From positions 3,247 through 67,246 of the forward strand of contig JBLMXB010000178.1 in NCBI GenBank assembly GCA_050257555.1: 64,000 nt of DNA. The letters run 5' to 3'. This document shows, in pieces, positions 58,611 to 64,000 of this stretch (the first letter of the stretch is position 1; the number at the start of each line of letters is the position of its first letter). The position numbers were made by a program, and so were the translations under genes. Source of the stretch: Hyphomicrobiales bacterium. GTDB taxonomy: Bacteria; Eisenbacteria; RBG-16-71-46; SZUA-252. Below the pieces are notes generated by a model, which made no database searches, was not told where the DNA came from, and saw only the letters and a program-made list of their open reading frames with translations.

Positions 58611-59855
58611 TCATCGGACGGCGCGCCGCGCGCGCGCCGCGAGCGCCACGCCCCCCGCGATCAGGAGCGCCCCGCCGGCGATCACCGCCGCGGCCGGCCC
58701 GGCGGCCCCCCGCGCGAGGAGCGCCCCCGTGATCCCCGCCGAGGCGAGCACGAGGAGGCGCGAGGCGAAGTCGCGGAGCGCGAAGACGCGTCCCCGGAGC
58801 GCGGTCGCGACGTCCTCCTGGAGCGACGCCTCCGTCGTCACGAGCAGGATCGAGACGAAGAGCCCGGCGAAGAACGCGATCGCGAGGTCGGCGGAGGCGG
58901 AGCGGGAGAGCGCGAAGGCGGCGAGCGAAGCCCCCGTGCCGGCGAGGCCCCAGGCGACCCGCCCCCACGACGAGCCGCCCTTGCCGCGCGCCGCGAGGAG
59001 GAGCGTCCCCGCCACCATCCCGGTCGCGGCCGCGGCGAGGATCGTCCCGACCCCCGAGACCACCCCCGCGCCGCGCCGCTCGAGGAGGATCGGCACCGCG
59101 ACGTGGAGCGCGCCGCCGGCCATCCAGAGGAGCACGACGGCGCCGATCGCGCCGAGCACGCGTCCGCTCCCGATCGCGAGGCGCGCGCCCTCGGCGACGT
59201 CGGCCGCGAGCGCGCGGTAGCGGCGGCCGGTCCGTCCCGACGCGGCGGCCCGCGGCGGCTTCGCCGGGGCGCGGATGGCGGCCAGCGCGGCGACCGAGAC
59301 GAAGTACGTGACGGCGTCGAGCGCGAAGCCGAGCCTCCATCCCCACCGCTCCACCGCGACGCCCCCCGCCACCGAGCCGACGATCGTCGCGATCACCCCC
59401 GCGAGCGTGGCGAGCGAGTTGGCCTCGACCAGCCGCTCCTCCGGGACCAGGTCGGGCAGGATCGCCGAGCGGGCCGGGAGGAAGAACGCGTTCGCGAAGT
59501 AGAGGAGGAAGACGAGCGCGAAGCAGGCCGGCAGCCCGCCCCACGCCGTCGCGGGGATCATCGCGAGCACGATCACGCCCCGCGCCGCGTCCGAGACGAC
59601 CAGCACCCGCTTCGTGTTCCAGCCGTCGACGAGGGCGCCGGCCCACGGGGAGAAGAGGATCGACGGGAGGAACGAGACGACCGGGAGGAGCGCCAGCTCC
59701 GCGGCCGGGTTGCCGGGCGTCCGCGCGTGCGCCACGACGACGGCGAGGAGCGCCAGGTACGTGAACCGGTCGCCGAAGATCGAGACGAGCTGCCCGACCC
59801 AGAGCGCCCGGAAGTTCGGATCGCGGAAGAGGCGGAGCGACGCCGCCCCGCGCAT
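58611..59855 (-). CDS. MFS transporter (H+ antiporter-3/LplT-like)
   Basis: NFRALWVGQLVSIFGD, GALVD...KRVLV.SD..RG, PARSA.LP.LV, LRGRVFA; about 12 TMs. Confidence 0.88.
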   Translation of the reverse strand: MRGAASLRLFRDPNFRALWVGQLVSIFGDRFTYLALLAVVVAHARTPGNPAAELALLPVVSFLPSILFSPWAGALVDGWNTKRVLVVSDAARGVIVLAMIPATAWGGLPACFALVFLLYFANAFFLPARSAILPDLVPEERLVEANSLATLAGVIATIVGSVAGGVAVERWGWRLGFALDAVTYFVSVAALAAIRAPAKPPRAAASGRTGRRYRALAADVAEGARLAIGSGRVLGAIGAVVLLWMAGGALHVAVPILLERRGAGVVSGVGTILAAAATGMVAGTLLLAARGKGGSSWGRVAWGLAGTGASLAAFALSRSASADLAIAFFAGLFVSILLVTTEASLQEDVATALRGRVFALRDFASRLLVLASAGITGALLARGAAGPAAAVIAGGALLIAGGVALAARARRAVR

Positions 59856-61036
59856 CAGACGGAGGCCGGAGCCGGCTCGGCGGCGGCGCGCGGCGCCGGC
59901 GCGTCCGCGCCCGACGCCGCGTCCCGCCCGGTGACCGCCTCGTAGACGTCGACCAGGCGATCGACGATCGCCTCCCAGCCGAAGCGCCGGGCCGTCTCGA
60001 CGCCGCGCGCGGCGATCCGCCGCCGGAGCGCCGCGTCGTCCAGGAGGCGGCGGAGCGCCCCGGCGAGCGCGTCGGCATCCCTGGGTGGGACGAGGAGCCC
60101 GTCCTCGCCCGGCGTCACGACGCAGCGGTAGCCGGGCAGCGTGGTCGCGACCACCGGCGCGCCGGCCGCCATCGCCTCGAGCAGGACGAGGCCGAAGCTC
60201 TCGCCCGACGTGGCCGGCGAGCAGAAGACGTCGGCGGTCGCGTAGTAGCGGGGGAGCCGGACGTGCTCGACCCGCCCCTCGAAGTGGACCCGGCCGCGCA
60301 GGACGCCGCCCGCCATCCGCTCGAGGCGCGGGCGGAGGCGGCCGTCGCCGACCAGGACGAGGCGGAACGCGCGCCCTTCGCGCGCGAGGATCGCCGCGGC
60401 GCGGAGGAGCTCGGGGAGTCCCTTCCGGGGATCGAAGCGCCCGACGAACAGGAGGTTCGGCACGCCGTCGTCGAACCGCGCGAGTCGCGGGAGCCCCGGA
60501 CGGAACCGGCCCAGGTCGACCCCGTTGGGGATCACGTCGACCGGTCCCGGGAAGTGGCGCGTGACGTCGTCGCGCGCCGCGTCGGAGACCGCGATCACGC
60601 GCGCCATCCGGTCGTAGAACCAGCGGAGCGGCGCGCGGAGGAGCCGGAACGGGAGGTCCGACGTCGACGCGGTGTGGAACGTGCCGACGACCGGCGCGCG
60701 CGCCGCGCGGAGCGCGAGGAGCGGCAGGGTCGGCGAGAGCGGACAGTGCACGTGGATCACGTCGAACGCGCCCCGCTCCAGCGTTTCCGCGAGGCGCCTC
60801 CCCAGGCCCAGCCCGACCGTGACGTTGTTCTCGGCGCCGTTGTACGGCACGACGAGGTTCCGTCCGATCCGGACGACGCCCGGCTCCGGCAGGCCGTCCC
60901 CCGCGAACCGCGACGTGATCACGGTCACGTGATGGCCGCGCGCGCGGAGCCCGCGCGCCACCGCGTCCACGTGCTCGGTGACGCCGCCGACGGCGGGCCG
61001 GTACGCCTGCGTGACGACGGCGATCCTAAGCGGCAC
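59855..61036 (-). CDS. GT4 glycosyltransferase, PimA-like
   Basis: GGV.EHV, VPYNG, FDVIHVH.P, VGTFH, IAVS, IPNGVD, VGRFDPRKG, SPATSGESFGLVLLEAMAAG. Confidence 0.85.
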   Translation of the reverse strand: MPLRIAVVTQAYRPAVGGVTEHVDAVARGLRARGHHVTVITSRFAGDGLPEPGVVRIGRNLVVPYNGAENNVTVGLGLGRRLAETLERGAFDVIHVHCPLSPTLPLLALRAARAPVVGTFHTASTSDLPFRLLRAPLRWFYDRMARVIAVSDAARDDVTRHFPGPVDVIPNGVDLGRFRPGLPRLARFDDGVPNLLFVGRFDPRKGLPELLRAAAILAREGRAFRLVLVGDGRLRPRLERMAGGVLRGRVHFEGRVEHVRLPRYYATADVFCSPATSGESFGLVLLEAMAAGAPVVATTLPGYRCVVTPGEDGLLVPPRDADALAGALRRLLDDAALRRRIAARGVETARRFGWEAIVDRLVDVYEAVTGRDAASGADAPAPRAAAEPAPASV

Positions 61037-61967
61037 GGCGCCCCCGCGCGTCGTCCCCGCCGGGGAAGAACGGCCGGAAGATGCACCACTGCGTGACGAG
61101 GTCGGCGATGTTCCGCTCCTGCGCGCGCGCCACCCCCTCGGTGAGGCGGCGCAGGTCGCGGTCGACGGGAAGCCGCGCGTCGGCTTCGTCCCATCCGTCG
61201 AACGAGATCCGGTGCGTCCCGTCGGGGAGCCGCTCCGCGTGCGCGTGGAGGAGCGGGGCGGCGGCGCGTCGCGCGAGGATCGCCGGCCCCGCCGGGAAGG
61301 GAACGGCCCGGCCGAAGAAGGGGGCGGCCAGGCCGCGCGTGAAGACGTCGCCGTCGACGAGGAGCACGACGAGCCCGTTCGCCCGGAGCGTCGCGAGGAG
61401 CGGTGCCACGCCGTCCTCCGGCGTGCTCACGCGGATCCCCTCCGCCTCCTTGAGGGACCGGACCGCGCCCGTGAGGAGCGGGTGGAGCTGCACGCCGGTC
61501 ACCACGTGGACCCGGAAGCCGAGGCGCGCGAGCGCGAGCCCGGCCAGCTCCCAGTTTCCGAGGTGGGGTGCCGCGATCACCGCGCCGCGCCCGCGCGCGA
61601 GCGCGCGGTAGAGGAGCGCCGTGCCGCGGACGCGGAACCGCTCGTCGAGCGCGCGCGGATCGAGGCGTCGCTGCGCCAGGAATTCGACGAGGAAGCGGTG
61701 GTAGCTCTCGAAGATGGAGCGCGCGGCCCGGGCGCGGTCGCGCGCGCTGCGGAGCCGGGGATGCCCCGCGTCGGCCATCCGCGCGAGATTCTCGAGGACC
61801 GCGTCGCGGGCGCTCCGGTCGAGCCGGTAGCGGAGCGCGCCGGCGCGGCGCGCGAGGGCGTCGGCGAGGCGCGGCGGGGTCGCGGCGACGAGCCGGAGCA
61901 GGGCATGGACGGCGACGCGGGGAAGCGCGTGTGGCGCGCGCGGACCTGGGGCGGCGGAATCGGTCAC
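61026..61967 (-). CDS. Lipid A lauroyl/PatA-family acyltransferase
   Basis: HLGNWE, VLENL, L..N..V.LL.D, PFFG..VPFP.GPA.LA, QW..F. Confidence 0.85.
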   Translation of the reverse strand: MTDSAAPGPRAPHALPRVAVHALLRLVAATPPRLADALARRAGALRYRLDRSARDAVLENLARMADAGHPRLRSARDRARAARSIFESYHRFLVEFLAQRRLDPRALDERFRVRGTALLYRALARGRGAVIAAPHLGNWELAGLALARLGFRVHVVTGVQLHPLLTGAVRSLKEAEGIRVSTPEDGVAPLLATLRANGLVVLLVDGDVFTRGLAAPFFGRAVPFPAGPAILARRAAAPLLHAHAERLPDGTHRISFDGWDEADARLPVDRDLRRLTEGVARAQERNIADLVTQWCIFRPFFPGGDDARGRRAA

Positions 61968-61975
61968 CGCCGAAA

Positions 61976-62005
61976 ACGCTACAGGAGGGGGAAACGGAGT
62001 GTCAA
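61976..62005 (-). promoter_or_regulatory. Sigma70 promoter, near-leaderless acyltransferase transcript
   Basis: TTGACA-N18-TAGCGT, 8 nt before GTG 61967. Confidence 0.6.
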
Positions 62006-62027
62006 GGGACGCTCCGGCGCGAAGTCA

Positions 62028-62056
62028 TTGACTTGGCGGGAGCGTCTTCCTAGATT
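62028..62056 (+). promoter_or_regulatory. Sigma70-type promoter reading rightwards
   Basis: TTGACT-N17-TAGATT. Confidence 0.6.
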
Positions 62057-62099
62057 GCGTGGGGCGATTCGCGCAGCGCGGTGGCTGGAATCGCGCGTC

Positions 62100-62297
62100 T
62101 CAGCTGGCCGGCTCGGGCTCGTCGCTCCTCGGCTCGAACAGCGAGTCGGCGGTTTCGAGGCCCATGAGGCACGGACACGCCTCCGGATTCTCCGCGTGCG
62201 GGCAGACCGTGTAGACCCGATTGTCGCGCCGGCAGTAGATTTCGGGGACGTGACGCGCGCTTGCCCGGGCCGCGGGTGCGTGAGCGGTTCGTTTCAT
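62100..62297 (-). CDS. Small Cys/His-rich hypothetical protein (65 aa)
   Basis: ATG 62297 with GGAGG SD; MKRTAH...YCRRDNRVYTVCPHAENPEACPC...; sigma54 motif upstream. Confidence 0.55.
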   Translation of the reverse strand: MKRTAHAPAARASARHVPEIYCRRDNRVYTVCPHAENPEACPCLMGLETADSLFEPRSDEPEPAS

Positions 62298-62382
62298 GGC
62301 GGGCCTCCGTGCATCGGTGCGATGCGTGGCGGCCCGGCGCCCCGCAGCGGACGCCGCGCCGCGTTCCATGCATGCACGGGGA

Positions 62383-62398
62383 TGCATGACATATGCCA
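62383..62398 (-). promoter_or_regulatory. Sigma54 (-24/-12) promoter
   Basis: TGGCATATGTCATGCA on the minus strand (GG-N10-GC). Confidence 0.6.
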
Positions 62399-62428
62399 CG
62401 GATGGTGTCCGAGACGCGGGGGGTTCTG

Positions 62429-62842
62429 ATGGCGAGCCAGAAGCTGGTGCGGTGCGAGATCCGGAAGTCGGACGATACCCCTCCCACGGTTCGCTACGTC
62501 CCGCTCGAGATCTACGGGCTCTGGGAGTACCTCATGCGGACCAGACACCGCTTCGAGGTCACGACGAGCGTGGCGTCGCTCTGGATCGACGTGGACGAGA
62601 ACCCCGAGATCGTTTTCGGGGAGAACGACTACGAACGCGTGACCGAGGTCACGCTGCTCCGGTACTCGGAGAACGACGGGATGTTCAGCCGCGTGAGCCG
62701 CTACTTCCCGACGTCGGAGTACCCCGCGCTCAAGGGGCTCCTCCTCAAGCACTACGAGAGCGTCCGCGAGCCGGGCGCGCCGAGCCTCCAGCTGAAGGAG
62801 CGCCAGGGCGTCTGGATCCGCCGGGAAAGCCGTAGCCAGTAG
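62429..62842 (+). CDS. Hypothetical protein (137 aa)
   Basis: Normal GC3-rich codon pattern and globular, aromatic-rich composition; G-rich SD-like run upstream. Confidence 0.75.
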   Translation: MASQKLVRCEIRKSDDTPPTVRYVPLEIYGLWEYLMRTRHRFEVTTSVASLWIDVDENPEIVFGENDYERVTEVTLLRYSENDGMFSRVSRYFPTSEYPALKGLLLKHYESVREPGAPSLQLKERQGVWIRRESRSQ

Positions 62843-62997
62843 GGTGGCAATCTGCTGGCCGGCGTGCGAAGCGCACGGCCATTCGTGCGACCCGCAGCGC
62901 CCCCTCCTCCCGGAACCGCCCCGCCGCTGAAACCCTTCTAGCCTCAAGGGCTTACCTTCAGGGGTAAAGTCCCCGAGCCCCCGGCCTTACCCCACCC

Positions 62998-63013
62998 TGG
63001 CACGTCTCCTGCT
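62998..63013 (+). promoter_or_regulatory. Sigma54 (-24/-12) promoter of the mglA-like gene
   Basis: TGGCACGTCTCCTGCT (GG-N10-GC); IHF-like TCAAGGGCTTA at about 62944-62954. Confidence 0.7.
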
Positions 63014-63113
63014 CCTCGGAGAGCCGGGTCGGCGCCGAGCCGCGTCTCCTGGCTTCCCGCGCCAAGCCGCACGCCGTCTCAACCGACGACAACTCAGAGC
63101 AGGGAGCGATGCC

Positions 63114-64000
63114 ATGGTCGTGGTCAGCTATTCGGGTCGGGAGATCAACGCGAAGATCGTCTACTACGGACCCGGCCTGAGCGGGAAGACGACGAACCTC
63201 GAGAAGATCTACGACAGCGTCCCCGAGTCGAACCGCGGGCGCATGGTCTCGATGAAGACGCAGACCGACCGGACGCTCTTCTTCGACCTCCTGCCGCTCG
63301 ACCTGGGCGAGCTGTCGGGAATGAAGACCCGATTCCTGCTCTACACCGTTCCCGGCCAGGTCTACTACAACGCCACGCGGAAGCTCGTCCTGAAGGGCGT
63401 CGACGCGGTCGTCTTCGTCGCCGACTCCGCGCCCGACAAGATGGCCGAGAACCGCGAGAGCCTCACGAACCTCGAGACGAACCTCAAGTCCTACGGGCTC
63501 GATCTGAAGACGCTCCCGTGGGTGATCCAGCTCAACAAGCGCGATCTTCCGAACGCGCTCAGCGTCGACGAGATGAACAAGGAGCTGAACCGCCACCGCG
63601 TGCCGACGTACGAGGCGCAGGCGGCGAACGGCGTGGGCGTCTTCGAGACGCTGCGCGGCGTCTCCAAGCTGCTCCTGGCCAAGATCTCGAAGGACGTCAT
63701 GGAACGGGATCGGGGAAGCCTCGCCGCGTCCGCTCGGGCCACCAACGAGGAGGCGTCGAATCCGCCGCAGGCCGCCGAGGAAGCCCCGCCAATCTCCGCC
63801 GCCGAGCCGAAGAAGGGCCGCGGCAAGCTGATGGAGTTCCTGAAGCGCGGCAAGGGCGAGGAGGAGGCGCCCGCGGCGGCGTCCGCCCCGCCCGACGCCG
63901 CGCCCGAGCCGATCCTCTCCGAGGACGCGCTCGTCGAGGAGCCGGCGGCGCCGGTGACCGCCGACTACTACGTGGAGCGGAATCCCTTCAGCGAGGCCCC
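63114..64000 (+). CDS. mglA: MglA-family small GTPase with long acidic/Pro-rich C-terminal extension (3' truncated)
   Basis: Absent from the ORF track; my translation: MVVVSYSGREINAKIVYYGPGLSGKTTNL...TDRTLFFDLLP...LYTVPGQVYYNATRKLVLKGVDAVVFVADS...QLNKRDLP...EAQAANGVGVFETL; AGGGAG SD. Confidence 0.92.
   Translation, partial: MVVVSYSGREINAKIVYYGPGLSGKTTNLEKIYDSVPESNRGRMVSMKTQTDRTLFFDLLPLDLGELSGMKTRFLLYTVPGQVYYNATRKLVLKGVDAVVFVADSAPDKMAENRESLTNLETNLKSYGLDLKTLPWVIQLNKRDLPNALSVDEMNKELNRHRVPTYEAQAANGVGVFETLRGVSKLLLAKISKDVMERDRGSLAASARATNEEASNPPQAAEEAPPISAAEPKKGRGKLMEFLKRGKGEEEAPAAASAPPDAAPEPILSEDALVEEPAAPVTADYYVERNPFSEA

Noticed and set aside
62164-62214. 16-codon + strand ORF (MRHGHASGFSACGQTV)
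   Set aside because: SD-like GAGG is only 3 nt from the ATG and nothing else supports it

Overview
Very GC-rich bacterial chromosomal window of core genes. I found no mobile element, CRISPR array, rRNA or tRNA. Order: lipA (partial), mgtE, an orphan NtrC-type sigma54 activator, and a low-GC intergenic region with a sigma54 promoter and a candidate sRNA. Next come a ~995-aa multi-PpiC foldase, radC, a TPR/SLH lipoprotein, a large secreted FlgD-Ig/T9SS-like CTD protein, and an FMN riboswitch ahead of ribD-ribE-ribBA-ribH-nusB. A ~21-kb glycosylation locus follows, with a DUF2723/TMEM260-like and a YfhO-like GT-C protein, two polyprenol-P-sugar synthase-like GT2s, a flippase-like protein, many GTs and a PorZ-like propeller. 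The dcw cluster (mraZ to ftsZ) carries an inserted STAS gene. The window ends with rpmB, recG, a zinc-ribbon protein, an acyltransferase-PimA-like GT-MFS operon, two small hypothetical genes and a C-terminally extended MglA GTPase. The FlgD-type CTDs and the PorZ-like protein suggest an FCB-related lineage such as Eisenbacteria/Latescibacteria (inference only). Top leads: (1) exported proteins are strongly enriched in the Bacteroidota O-glycosylation sequon D-(S/T)-(A/I/L/V/M/T), next to a TMEM260-like transferase locus; (2) a sigma54-dependent sRNA downstream of the activator; (3) a three-promoter sigma54 set that includes a small Cys-rich ORF crossed by an antisense promoter. All family calls come from motif recognition, not database searches.
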